64,000 bases of DNA from a virus (IMGVR_UViG_3300005613_000034); one strand, 5' to 3'. Positions 9,181 through 19,412 are shown, counted from the first letter of the stretch. Numbers and translations are program-made. The notes: a model not told the origin generated them from the sequence alone.

Positions 9181-9474
9181 TTATGGGCCTATATAACGTT
9201 GCCCGGTTTGGAAGTCTGAGATTACACTCATGAAGAACAGAAGAACCATTAGAATTCCGCTCATTCCAACTAAAAGATTAATTGTTCCTGAATTACTTAA
9301 CGCAGACATATTTCCTGTTGTAATTGTATGAACAATATCATTTACAACCGGTAAAAACGCGGCTAACATAATCAATCCCATTACCAATGCAAAAAAACTA
9401 TACATTGATCCTTGGCCTTTGTTATCTTTCAAAAATGTTTTCATAAATACACCATTTCTTAACATAATATACAA
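9181..9474 (-). CDS. small hydrophobic 2-TM protein, paralog of 9516..9746 (candidate virion/capsid membrane protein)
   Basis: shared LPVxN(E/D)I...T..G motif and TM topology. Confidence 0.5.
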   Translation of the reverse strand: MYIMLRNGVFMKTFLKDNKGQGSMYSFFALVMGLIMLAAFLPVVNDIVHTITTGNMSALSNSGTINLLVGMSGILMVLLFFMSVISDFQTGQRYIGP

Positions 9475-9515
9475 TTTTCTTATTTATAAACCTTTCTGTT
9501 TTTGTTTAAACTTTT

Positions 9516-9746
9516 TTAGTAATCATACGCCCCCGGAGGTAAATAATTATCATCGGCTTGACTCATCTGAACATACATTACAATAGCCGCGGCAATCAAA
9601 ACTAAAATCATTGATCCTAACATTAGTCCTACCGTTCCCCCCATCGTATTAGTAATTCCTGGAATTAATTCATTCGCAACAGGTAAAAGTACTACTAAAG
9701 AAATCAATCCAACTACAAACATTACTGTTGCTGCATAATAAGACAT
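9516..9746 (-). CDS. small hydrophobic 2-TM protein, paralog of 9181..9474
   Basis: MSYYAATVMFVVGLISLVVLLPVANELIPGITNTMGG... Confidence 0.5.
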   Translation of the reverse strand: MSYYAATVMFVVGLISLVVLLPVANELIPGITNTMGGTVGLMLGSMILVLIAAAIVMYVQMSQADDNYLPPGAYDY

Positions 9747-9806
9747 AATATCACTAATAATTATAGTTCTCTTTTATATATAAACATTACTTTTTTCTGA
9801 AAAAGC

Positions 9807-12800
9807 TTATATTTTCATTTTTAAAAGTTTTTCATTTTCTTTTCCTAATACCGTTCGTTCGAACATATCATTTTTTAAAGCTTTTGCTTGAGCTCTATTT
9901 AATTGTTCTTGAGTTGGAATTGCATCATACCCGAAAAAACTTCCTTTTTTACCAATTGTTTCTCTTACCAATCCAATATTTTCGGCACTTGTAATTAAAT
10001 CTTTTTCTCCGAACGCGAATTTTCTAAACAAACTTGATTTTAATTGAATTAACGGAACTTTTCTTCCAGATTTTTCTCCTTTTTTCTTTTCCGGGTCTTG
10101 TTTCCCCCATCCACTACCAGCACCAAAAATTGGGCTAGCATATAAAGGATATTTATTATATGGTGGAATATACGGTGTAGGATCATATGGATATGGATCA
10201 TACGGTGTAGGATCATATGGATATGGATCATACGGTGTAGGATCATATGGATATGGATCATACGGTGTAGGATCATAAGGAGGTGGTTCATATGGAGGTG
10301 GTTCATATGGAGGAGGTTCATAAGGTGGGGGGGTTTCATATTTACTTGGATAATTTGGTTCTACATAATTTGGATCATTATATAAATTTTTATAATCATC
10401 AATATTATTTACATATTTTGTTTCTTTTAAAATTTTATCATATTCAGTAGTATCTCTTTCGGGCATTAAAATATTCCATCCATCATCAATTTTTTTATAA
10501 TAATCTTCTTTTACATTTTTATTTATATAAGGTGATTTTACAGTATTAATTTCTTCATATAACTCCGCTTGAGTTGGAACAGTGTTATCATATATAATTT
10601 TTAAAGAATCTTTTTGTTTTGGTGTTTGAACTTCAACTTTTGCGGCTTTTATTCCATAAATATCTTCTTTTACATTTTTACCAAGTGAAATTTTTCCTTC
10701 ACTAGGAGTAAATGTGGTTGTTTCTAAAAATCCTTGTTTCTTAAAAAAGTCTGCTTGTTTTTGATTAGCGGAAACCAATGTTTCGTTTTTCCCACTAAGA
10801 GAAATAATTGCAGTATTAACTTTTGGAACTTCATATGGATTTAAAATAGTTGTTTTTTCAACTGAAAATACAGGGCGAACATTTCCAATTAAATCAAATG
10901 CTTCTAACTGATTTCTAGTTCCTGCAGCTAAATTATTTTTAATATATTTTCCTGTTTGTGTTGTTGGGTTTAAAACTTCTTTTGGAGCATATTCAGAAAA
11001 ATATGAAAGTGCTTCTTTGTTTGCACCCCCAATAGTTTTAGACGCTGTGTGGGTATTTATACGTCTTAAAAATTTATCAAATGTTTTCTCATCCATAATT
11101 TTTTTAGCATCGGCCATTATATCACTAGTTTCTAATCTTTTTCCAGATTGATCTAATCTTAAAAAATTATTTTGATTAGATGGTTTTGTTATATAAGGAT
11201 CTGTACTATGTTGAATTTCGTGTAATAATGTACTTGTTTTATTTTTAATACCTTGAAATGGTTTAACAGAAATTGTTCCATCACTAGGTCTATAATATCC
11301 TAAAGATTTTATATCAAAATTTTTCTCCCATTGTAATAAAGATTCATCGGCACCTGTTAATCTAATAGCATCTCTATATCTAGCTGCATCGGCTGCCGAC
11401 CCAGTCAATTCAACACTTGGTGACATTAAATCAGATAAAATTAATTTTTGTTGAGGAATAGTTAAACTTGTTAAACTAAAATCTTTTAATGAAGGAATTG
11501 GTCTTGGTGCATCTCCTAAAACATTAGAATAACCTTCATATGCAACATTTTTAAACCAGTCAATATCTTTAGGTCTCCCAGATTCATAACCACCCATTAA
11601 TTTTCTACGCGCCTGTAATGCGGGGTTTAAAACATTTATACCTTCATCTGTTTTAACCCAACTTGTTGTTCTAGAAAAATCTTGAATATCACTAACTTTA
11701 TTTAATTGTTCATAAAGACCAGTAGCTTTTATTCCATGAATCGATGCAAAATGTTCAGAACCAGCATTTGCTGTTTTTATACTGACTTCCCATCCACCTT
11801 GCCCGGGGTGAATAACAATATCTGTTCTTGGATTGTTAGTAAAATATGTTCCTAAATCAATTTCTCCTTTATGCACATCAACATTTAATCCTTTTGAAGT
11901 AAATTCTTTTGCTATTTTTCCAGCTTGAGAATTAGTTGATAACCCTTCACCAAATAATGTTTTTACTACAACATCAAAATCTTTAGATTTTAAATCTTTA
12001 TTTTTAAATATTTTTGCGGCTTTATCTTTTGCATAAGAAAATGTACTAGATGTACTTCCACCCAATCCAACATCAGAAGAATTTTTTTGTAAATAAGATT
12101 TCATAGCTTCCAATGCTTTTTTTACCCGAGTCCCATCTTTTCCTTTAACTTGTTTTAAATCACTCCATTGAGAATATTCAATAGCTTCATCAAATGTTCT
12201 TGTTTTTGTTGTTTGTGCTGCCTTTCGTAAATCTTTATCAAAAGCTAATTCAATATCTGATGTTGCTTCTATTAACGTTGGTCTTTTTCCAGGTGAATTA
12301 AGAATTCTAAATTCTTTTTTATTTGATTTATTTAAAACAAATTCAGATTCTGGAATAAATGGAGTACCAGGAGTATTTATAACACTTCCCTCTTGAATAA
12401 TTACTTTTGATTCTGGGTTTCTAGCTATTTGTTTTATAATATTTTTAGATGTTGCTTTAGTAACTGGACTAAAAATTTTCTCCCCAATATCAGTTCCTAC
12501 TGGAGCAGCTAACATCATACCAGCTAATTCACTTCTTGCTTTACTACGTTCTTTAACATAAGTATCATATCCTTTTTCTGATGCAATATTATACAAATCA
12601 ACATTTGATTTTAATAAAGATCCAGTAAAATAAGCAGGTAAAACATATTTTCCTACAGTTTCACCAGTTTTTTCAATAAAAGCGAGTTTTTTATTAGCAG
12701 CAAAATTTGTTGTTGTTGTTTTTAAAGGATCTAAGACCCCGGAAAACCCACTTTGTTTAAATTGTTTGGCTGCTTCTGCAGCATCTTTAACAGTATATGT

Positions 12801-15038
12801 TGTGGTTTGAGTTCTTAATCCACCACTAAGTTTTTCAACAGCTTTTACATCCGCTGCATTAACAACCGTTTCCACTCCTTTCATTGCTGTTCCCAAAATT
12901 ACTCCAGTTCTAAGATTATCAGCAATAGTTTGGGCGCTCTGATCTTCTACTAGCATATTATATAAAGTTCCTTTTTGTAAAATTTTAGCGGCCGTTCCAA
13001 CAGTACCAATTTTTGGAAGTGGAGTAAATAAAATTGCTGATTCTGTAACAATTTCACCAAATGCTTCATGTTCGCCTTCCTTCTTTTTAACACCAGATTT
13101 AGAAACAATAACATATTTTTTATCCCACTCTTCTTTAGATAATGTTGCTGAATCAGCAAACGCTTGAGCATATAATTTATTTCCTTTAGGAGTTAAAAAG
13201 TATCCTTTCCCATCAGTAGAGTTATAAATTTTATTAATAATTGTATTATCCCCACGTAAAAAATCTTCTCTAGCTTTTTCAGCTAATTCAGGATCATTAG
13301 TAGCTCTAGCACTTGGAAGCCCTCTTAATACTTCACCACCAACAAACCTAGGAATTGAAAATAAAGATAATGTATCTCTAGCAACAGTAGGTAAAGTTCT
13401 TACTTTATCTGGCATATTAGCAAGTTTAGTTTCCAACATTTTTATATTTTTTTCATGATTTTCTTTCATATAAGGTAAAATTGCATTATCTCTATCATAT
13501 TTTTCCTTTTCTATTTGACGTCTAACAATTTCTTTTGCCCCCTCAGAAGAAATTTCTCCTTTACCAAAATCAATTTTATAATCAGTATCGCTTGGGGTAA
13601 TACCAAAAGTCGTCTTTTCCCCAGATATTGTAGAAGCCGCAAACTCAAGTGGTAAAACACTAATATTATAAGGAATTACTGCAGTATCTCCCACAAATTT
13701 TCCAACATCTAACACATTATCAGCTTTTTTATTTTTATCTAATTGATTATAAAATTTTCTTTCAACATTTCCCCAAAGTTCTCCAACAGTTTCATTCTCT
13801 CTTCTCATATCTTTATAATAAACTAAGTCCTCTTTAGCTTCTTTTAATTGATTAGTATCTTCAGTTAATTTAGCTAAAATATTTCCAATCCCATATTGAT
13901 TTTTATATTCATCATATGTTAATGTTTTATTTGTAGAAGAATCAAAATAAGGGGTTTTTTCATATTTTGTTTGTAATAATTTTTCATATTGTCCTTTATC
14001 TTTTTCAGATAATTTATCATATACCTCTTTAAATGTATCCCCTTTAATTAAATTAGCTTCTTTTGTATATTTATTAAATACATCTTCTTCTCTTTTTTGT
14101 ATATTAAATTTTTGATCTATACTTTTTATTTTTTCAACGTTTTTATTAATTGTAAATAACAACAATTCTTTCTCTGCTTCACTTAATGTATTATTAGGAG
14201 ATTCATACTTTTCAATATCAGTATTTGTTTTATCAACTAATTCTCTATATCCACTATAATTAACATCTGGATTTAATACTATATCTTTTCTAAATCCTTT
14301 ATATTCTTTTCCGGCTTCTGTATCAGGAATTTTTGTTCCAAGGTTAATTTGTGGCGTAGATTCATCTATAATAGATTGATCTAAACTTCTTGATGCTATA
14401 ACATTTCTAAAATATTCATCTTTTTTAATATTAGAAACATCTTTACCAGCAACAACATCTTGTGCAATCTTTGTAGCTAAATTACCACTTTTCATAATAT
14501 CAGTAATAGATTCATTCTGTTCAACTGTATTAAGTATATTTTTTCTTTCGTCTTGTAATTTAGAAAATTTTTCTCTAACTTCCTGTGATTCAATTGGATA
14601 ATTTGGTTTAGATGTTTTATTAAGTTTTACCTCACTCTTTTGCACAATTTTTACATTTTCGTTTCCTGCAGTTTTAAGATATTTAGAAGGTGGGGGAGCA
14701 CTAAAATATTTAGAAGTTGGTTTAGATGTAATATAAGAGCCGCCTTTTTTAACTCTTGGGGGTTGAGTAGTTCCAGCTTTACTAATAACAAGTTTTTTTG
14801 GAGGAGTGCTTTTAGGTTTAATATATTTAGAAAGTGGAGGCTGCGCGATAGGCTTAAAATAACTTCTATTTTCAGTAACAGTTCTTAATTCAGTAGGTGC
14901 TGATTGGCGAGCCTCTTCATAAGAAACTTTTCTATACCCCGCGCCTGGATCAACCGTAGAAGACATTCCTTGCCCGGTTTTAACATTAATATATTGCCCT
15001 GCACCACGATTAGCAGAAGAATTTACTGTAATGGCCAT
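9807..15038 (-). CDS. giant (1743 aa) putative virion-associated protein with HExxH motif and C-terminal Pro/Tyr tandem repeats
   Basis: LLHEIQHS motif; EPPPY x4 + DPTPYDPYPY x3 repeats; Lys-rich N-terminus. Confidence 0.7.
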   Translation of the reverse strand: MAITVNSSANRGAGQYINVKTGQGMSSTVDPGAGYRKVSYEEARQSAPTELRTVTENRSYFKPIAQPPLSKYIKPKSTPPKKLVISKAGTTQPPRVKKGGSYITSKPTSKYFSAPPPSKYLKTAGNENVKIVQKSEVKLNKTSKPNYPIESQEVREKFSKLQDERKNILNTVEQNESITDIMKSGNLATKIAQDVVAGKDVSNIKKDEYFRNVIASRSLDQSIIDESTPQINLGTKIPDTEAGKEYKGFRKDIVLNPDVNYSGYRELVDKTNTDIEKYESPNNTLSEAEKELLLFTINKNVEKIKSIDQKFNIQKREEDVFNKYTKEANLIKGDTFKEVYDKLSEKDKGQYEKLLQTKYEKTPYFDSSTNKTLTYDEYKNQYGIGNILAKLTEDTNQLKEAKEDLVYYKDMRRENETVGELWGNVERKFYNQLDKNKKADNVLDVGKFVGDTAVIPYNISVLPLEFAASTISGEKTTFGITPSDTDYKIDFGKGEISSEGAKEIVRRQIEKEKYDRDNAILPYMKENHEKNIKMLETKLANMPDKVRTLPTVARDTLSLFSIPRFVGGEVLRGLPSARATNDPELAEKAREDFLRGDNTIINKIYNSTDGKGYFLTPKGNKLYAQAFADSATLSKEEWDKKYVIVSKSGVKKKEGEHEAFGEIVTESAILFTPLPKIGTVGTAAKILQKGTLYNMLVEDQSAQTIADNLRTGVILGTAMKGVETVVNAADVKAVEKLSGGLRTQTTTYTVKDAAEAAKQFKQSGFSGVLDPLKTTTTNFAANKKLAFIEKTGETVGKYVLPAYFTGSLLKSNVDLYNIASEKGYDTYVKERSKARSELAGMMLAAPVGTDIGEKIFSPVTKATSKNIIKQIARNPESKVIIQEGSVINTPGTPFIPESEFVLNKSNKKEFRILNSPGKRPTLIEATSDIELAFDKDLRKAAQTTKTRTFDEAIEYSQWSDLKQVKGKDGTRVKKALEAMKSYLQKNSSDVGLGGSTSSTFSYAKDKAAKIFKNKDLKSKDFDVVVKTLFGEGLSTNSQAGKIAKEFTSKGLNVDVHKGEIDLGTYFTNNPRTDIVIHPGQGGWEVSIKTANAGSEHFASIHGIKATGLYEQLNKVSDIQDFSRTTSWVKTDEGINVLNPALQARRKLMGGYESGRPKDIDWFKNVAYEGYSNVLGDAPRPIPSLKDFSLTSLTIPQQKLILSDLMSPSVELTGSAADAARYRDAIRLTGADESLLQWEKNFDIKSLGYYRPSDGTISVKPFQGIKNKTSTLLHEIQHSTDPYITKPSNQNNFLRLDQSGKRLETSDIMADAKKIMDEKTFDKFLRRINTHTASKTIGGANKEALSYFSEYAPKEVLNPTTQTGKYIKNNLAAGTRNQLEAFDLIGNVRPVFSVEKTTILNPYEVPKVNTAIISLSGKNETLVSANQKQADFFKKQGFLETTTFTPSEGKISLGKNVKEDIYGIKAAKVEVQTPKQKDSLKIIYDNTVPTQAELYEEINTVKSPYINKNVKEDYYKKIDDGWNILMPERDTTEYDKILKETKYVNNIDDYKNLYNDPNYVEPNYPSKYETPPPYEPPPYEPPPYEPPPYDPTPYDPYPYDPTPYDPYPYDPTPYDPYPYDPTPYIPPYNKYPLYASPIFGAGSGWGKQDPEKKKGEKSGRKVPLIQLKSSLFRKFAFGEKDLITSAENIGLVRETIGKKGSFFGYDAIPTQEQLNRAQAKALKNDMFERTVLGKENEKLLKMKI
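10171..10325. repeat. tandem repeats: 3 perfect 30-bp units (+partial) then 3x 15-bp units, encoding DP(T/Y)PY / EPPPY
   Basis: tacggtgtaggatcatatggatatggatca x3; aggtggttcatatgg x3. Confidence 0.9.
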
Positions 15039-15076
15039 ACATTATAATAGAGCATATTCATTTAAAAGCTTTTTGT

Positions 15077-16438
15077 TCAATCATTCAAAAAAACTTTTTT
15101 TCTAGTAGTAGTATTAACCATTCTTGAAGCTCTAATAGGAGCACCTTGTTCACCGGTAACATAAGATTTTGTAGCGCTTTCTCTAATTTTAGCAACATCT
15201 TTTTTAGTTTCGTCAACAAGTGATTTAAAACGAGACGGAGCTTCCTGCTCACCATACAAAGCCCCTCTAAGATTTTCTAAACTTTTATTAACCTGCTGAG
15301 CTTCAACATTTCTTTTATATTCACTTAAACTTGTTTTACCACGTGAAATAGTACTAGGCCCACCAAGAGAAGCTTTTCTTTTAAACTTTTTCTTCAAAGC
15401 TCTATCCAACGATTCAGATCTTTTATCAAACCTACTTTGTTCAGAAGCTAAAATACCACCATAAATTTTTTCAATCAATTCTGCGCGCTTAGCTTCATAT
15501 TCAGCTTCATCAGTATAAGTTCCATAAACGGGTTCATACCCAATAGTATATCTTTCTTCATAAGAAGTAGGAACATCATATTCTCCAATAACCGCTTTAC
15601 CTGTTTCAGGATCATAATAAAGAATAGGAGGAGCATCTTTAGTACTTTGAGATTCAGTAATTGATACTTCCGGAGTATCTTTTAATACACCAGCTAAAAA
15701 TGGAGAAGTTCCACTAATATCAAAATAATTTTTATATTTATTAGGATCGGGGGCATAAACTGTAGTCCCAGATGAAGACCCACTAAATCCTGTAAATCCA
15801 CCAGACCCAGAAGGTAAATATTTAGACGCATTTTGAATTACTCCGCCTTTAACATCTCCCGCAGCATAAGCTTTAGAATAAGCTTCGGCTTTAGCATAAT
15901 TAGCTGTACCAGGTTTATAAGGATTAGATTTTAAAGGTAATGCCCCAGAAGATTGAGGTTTAGGAGCACTATAACTTGAACTTCCTCCACCACTAGATGA
16001 CCCACCACCAGACCCATAAGTAGCACCACGCGCAATATTAGAAGCTCTATAACTTGCATAAGATTGCCCTCTTAATAATCTTTGTCTATCTTTGTCAAAC
16101 GGATAACAATCAATGTTATTAGGGACTCCATCCCCATCAAAATCAAAATCTTTATACAAACCACGTTCACCAGGGAAATCCGGCTTATTCATATATTTTT
16201 TAGAAAGATTTAAAGCTTTATTCGCATATTTCTTAGCTTTTTTAGCAGAATACCCGCGTCTCATCAAATCTTTTTGAAACCTTTTAACTTGCCCGGGAGT
16301 CAATGATTGAGTTTTTGCTGGCATTTCATGAGCAAAATTATTTATCATATCAGCATCAGACATTAAATTTCCAATAGGTAAAGGATCAACTCTAACGCGT
16401 CTAACCTTTCCTTGAGAAAGTTTATCTAACCAATTCAT
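15077..16438 (-). CDS. hypothetical structural-module protein with calcium-binding-like DxDxDG motif and Gly/Ser-rich linker
   Basis: DFDGDGVPNNIDCYPFD; GSGGGSSSGGGSSS. Confidence 0.5.
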   Translation of the reverse strand: MNWLDKLSQGKVRRVRVDPLPIGNLMSDADMINNFAHEMPAKTQSLTPGQVKRFQKDLMRRGYSAKKAKKYANKALNLSKKYMNKPDFPGERGLYKDFDFDGDGVPNNIDCYPFDKDRQRLLRGQSYASYRASNIARGATYGSGGGSSSGGGSSSYSAPKPQSSGALPLKSNPYKPGTANYAKAEAYSKAYAAGDVKGGVIQNASKYLPSGSGGFTGFSGSSSGTTVYAPDPNKYKNYFDISGTSPFLAGVLKDTPEVSITESQSTKDAPPILYYDPETGKAVIGEYDVPTSYEERYTIGYEPVYGTYTDEAEYEAKRAELIEKIYGGILASEQSRFDKRSESLDRALKKKFKRKASLGGPSTISRGKTSLSEYKRNVEAQQVNKSLENLRGALYGEQEAPSRFKSLVDETKKDVAKIRESATKSYVTGEQGAPIRASRMVNTTTRKKVFLND

Positions 16439-16478
16439 ATTATAAATAAGAAGTTATTTATTTATAAACCTTTTGTTT

Positions 16479-16853
16479 TTAAAAGGAAAATTCATATCCG
16501 CACGCCTGAATTGCTGAATAAATAATCCACCCACAAAACAAAACCCCAAAAATATTAGACAAAAATGCTAACCAAGGAACAAAACTACCGAAAAATGCCC
16601 CAATTAGTGCAATACCAGTAACTAAAAAGAAGGCCCCTCGAGAAATATTATGAGTTGCTAAACTAACAACAGATCCGGTATTAACAAAAGAATAAGATTT
16701 TGCTGCACTATCTTCCATCCGTTCGACAAAAGTTAACTCCCAATCTTTACCCACATTATGTATGCCCGTTAAAAAACCTAAGAAAAAACACGTAGCTAAA
16801 AACCAAAAAATAATATTAAATTTTTTAGGTTTATCTAACTTTATTAATTTCAT
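16479..16853 (-). CDS. membrane protein (4 TM)
   Basis: start taken at internal Met MKLIKLDK to avoid overlap with upstream gene. Confidence 0.45.
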   Translation of the reverse strand: MKLIKLDKPKKFNIIFWFLATCFFLGFLTGIHNVGKDWELTFVERMEDSAAKSYSFVNTGSVVSLATHNISRGAFFLVTGIALIGAFFGSFVPWLAFLSNIFGVLFCGWIIYSAIQACGYEFSF

Positions 16854-17109
16854 TTTTATCACATTTATTTTTTTCTTTCTCTTCTTTTTCGAGTTCACAC
16901 ATGGCATCATTAATAAGTTTAGCTTCGCGTTGAGTTACTTTAGGACCAGTATAATAATCAAAACAAGATTCAAGAGAATCAATCATGCGAGCTTTACGTT
17001 TTTCTTTACGGAGTTCGCGCCAACAAATAAGACATAAAACACCATCTTCTTTAGTTATACTAGTTTTTTTTCCGCATCGTTCACAAATTATTTCAGGAAT
17101 AATTAACAC
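16831..17109 (-). CDS. zinc-ribbon protein (92 aa)
   Basis: CERCG...CLICW. Confidence 0.45.
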   Translation of the reverse strand: MLIIPEIICERCGKKTSITKEDGVLCLICWRELRKEKRKARMIDSLESCFDYYTGPKVTQREAKLINDAMCELEKEEKEKNKCDKNEINKVR

Positions 17110-17112
17110 CTT

Positions 17113-17301
17113 CTAAAATTTAGAAATATCAACTTTAAATTCAGGATCATCAAATTTTGCCATCATTTTCTTAAAATCTTTACTTTCATATAAATATCCA
17201 CAATCTAAACAAACATAACTAAAAATTTTTTTCCCGTCAATTGTTTGAGTTACTAAAATGTTTTTTGATTTACAATCATGACACTCTTTTATTTTATTCA
17301 T
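17113..17301 (-). CDS. zinc-ribbon protein
   Basis: CHDCK...CLDCG; start taken at MNKIKECHDC. Confidence 0.4.
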   Translation of the reverse strand: MNKIKECHDCKSKNILVTQTIDGKKIFSYVCLDCGYLYESKDFKKMMAKFDDPEFKVDISKF

Positions 17302-18016
17302 TAATACACCCCTGAATTTTATATAATACTTCTTCAATATTTTTATTAATATCTGTTTCCCAAAATCGCAAAACAATATAATTTTGTTCTTCTAATTTTT
17401 TTGTTATAGAAGCATCATATTTCCATTTTTTTCGAGCTTCTTGTTTTTTACGACCTGTACATATAATATCAGTTGGTTTATATTTAATTGGGTTACCATG
17501 ATAAAAATCACCATCTGCGAATATACATATATTTGGTTCAATAAATAAATCTGGAATACCAATTATTGTTTTGTGGGTTTTATATTTAATATTTTTTTTA
17601 TCTAATTCTTTTTGTAATTTTATTTCTAATTTATTATTTTTATATTTGTTTTTATTAAACATTTTTTTTAAATATTTTTTTGTTTTCCATAACTTTTTCA
17701 TTTTTTCGCTAATATTTCTTTTTCGTTCTTCATTTTCCCATGATTTTTTAATATTTTCTTTATGAGTATCTGAAATAATCCTCTTCTTTCCACTTATAGA
17801 TAATTTTTCTATATGAGATTTTGAAAATATTCTATTTTTTAATTTTTCACTTCTTTTTTTATTACTTTCTTTCGTTTGTGTATATAAACCTTTTTTTCCT
17901 TTATTCCAAGGAATTTGCCCAGTATGAATACCTTTATTCCAAGGTATGTTACCTTTTTTTACACTCATAATATCACTAATATAACATACTATAATGATAT
18001 ATATAATACTTATCAT
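17294..18016 (-). CDS. free-standing homing-endonuclease-like protein: NUMOD3 repeats + Vsr/PD-(D/E)xK-like nuclease domain
   Basis: two IPWNKG NUMOD3 motifs; C-terminal IFADGDFYHG resembling the Vsr DGxFWHG motif. Confidence 0.7.
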   Translation of the reverse strand: MISIIYIIIVCYISDIMSVKKGNIPWNKGIHTGQIPWNKGKKGLYTQTKESNKKRSEKLKNRIFSKSHIEKLSISGKKRIISDTHKENIKKSWENEERKRNISEKMKKLWKTKKYLKKMFNKNKYKNNKLEIKLQKELDKKNIKYKTHKTIIGIPDLFIEPNICIFADGDFYHGNPIKYKPTDIICTGRKKQEARKKWKYDASITKKLEEQNYIVLRFWETDINKNIEEVLYKIQGCINE

Positions 18017-18663
18017 TTAGACATCATAGTATTATAATCGCTAACAGATACAGCATCACAAATAGCATGCTGAACTAATTCAATATCTAATGCGGGCAGA
18101 TTTAAGTCGGTTTCATTTTTACAGGCGTCATAATCATTTTGACAATTATTTGCCCAATAACAAGCTTTAAAATCATCACGTAAAATATTATAATCTTGTT
18201 TTACAACTAAAAGATTAGCGTCAAAATTATTTTGTAAAAAATTAAAATCTGTTTGCAACTGAATATAATTTGAATCTAAATTATTTAAATCAGTCATAAG
18301 TTTATTAATATCTTCTTCTTGAAGAAGCAACTGAATAATTTTGTTGTTTAAATCCTGTTGACCAATATCATAATTTGTCGAAAGAGTATAATTTTCTTTA
18401 GACATATCATCTAACTGAGTTTTTATCGCCGCAATAGAAGCATCACGAGAAGAAACTTCGTTATTTAATGCAGTAACCTGAGCATCAAGATTCAATGCTT
18501 GAGATTGCGCAACTAAAAATGCGGCATTTAAATCAGAAACATTTTGTTCCAGATTAGTTGTTTGGAAATAAAGCCCATAAGAGGCTACTCCTAAAATTAA
18601 AAATCCTACAATAAAAATTGCACTTATTACAAAAAAATCATTTACTTCTATTTCAATCACCAC
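18013..18663 (-). CDS. N-terminally TM-anchored coiled-coil protein
   Basis: TM helix then Q/N/L-rich heptad-like region. Confidence 0.45.
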   Translation of the reverse strand: MVIEIEVNDFFVISAIFIVGFLILGVASYGLYFQTTNLEQNVSDLNAAFLVAQSQALNLDAQVTALNNEVSSRDASIAAIKTQLDDMSKENYTLSTNYDIGQQDLNNKIIQLLLQEEDINKLMTDLNNLDSNYIQLQTDFNFLQNNFDANLLVVKQDYNILRDDFKACYWANNCQNDYDACKNETDLNLPALDIELVQHAICDAVSVSDYNTMMSK

Positions 18664-18686
18664 AAAAAGTTATTACTGTTATATAT

Positions 18687-19412
18687 TTAATGTACGAATA
18701 CATTTAAAAAGGTTTCGGTAGTCTTGCTTCCGATACCATCAACCTTAAAAGACCCGTCATTCAGTGCTTTACGAAGAGAAGAAAAATCCGGGTAAATTTT
18801 TTCAATTGATTTAGCTTTCTCTTCACTTATATTAGGTAAAGACATTAAAACATTTCGGTAAGTATTATCTTTATGTTTAGCATGTGTTATTGCCATACCT
18901 CTTATCTCTTTTCCATCTGTAAGCTTTTCGGCAACCATTAACAAAAAATCAATAAATTCATCGTCATTTTTAACAAAAATCATTTCTACATTAGTATATC
19001 GCGCGGCAACACTAGACATAATTCCAAGAAGCTGATTTCGAGAAAAAGTTTTTACATTTTGTACTATTCCCATAGCTTTTAGCTTCGCCCGTTCTTTGTA
19101 AATAGCATCGATGTCACCAACGACAATTAAAAAATTTTTAGAAAAACTATTATTCATCTTATAAAGCTCTGAAAATATTCTTCCATTATAAATTGATCCA
19201 ACTAAATCACTAAAAATCTTTCGCTCAACACAAAATTTATGTCCTGTTTCTTTATTTTCAACAATATAATCTCCAATTTTAAGTTGTTTCATTTCATATT
19301 TAACTCCAGCGGCATCAAATTTTGGAATAATATTTTTATCAATACTATTTTTATGTTCTTCTCTATGATCAATTGTTATATTAAAATTATCTTTATTTAC
19401 CATATTTATCAC
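18687..19412 (-). CDS. XPF/Mus81/Hef-family ERCC4 nuclease with C-terminal HhH
   Basis: IGDYIV...CVERK signature (GDxnERKxxD); C-terminal DGIGSKTTETF HhH. Confidence 0.75.
   Translation of the reverse strand: MINMVNKDNFNITIDHREEHKNSIDKNIIPKFDAAGVKYEMKQLKIGDYIVENKETGHKFCVERKIFSDLVGSIYNGRIFSELYKMNNSFSKNFLIVVGDIDAIYKERAKLKAMGIVQNVKTFSRNQLLGIMSSVAARYTNVEMIFVKNDDEFIDFLLMVAEKLTDGKEIRGMAITHAKHKDNTYRNVLMSLPNISEEKAKSIEKIYPDFSSLRKALNDGSFKVDGIGSKTTETFLNVFVH

Noticed and set aside
10049-14888. ORFs 10049..10339(-), 12950..13171(-), 14640..14888(+) within the giant gene
   Set aside because: These are alternative-frame or antisense shadows of the 1743-aa ORF. 10049..10339 is the repeat region read out of frame (HMIL repeats).
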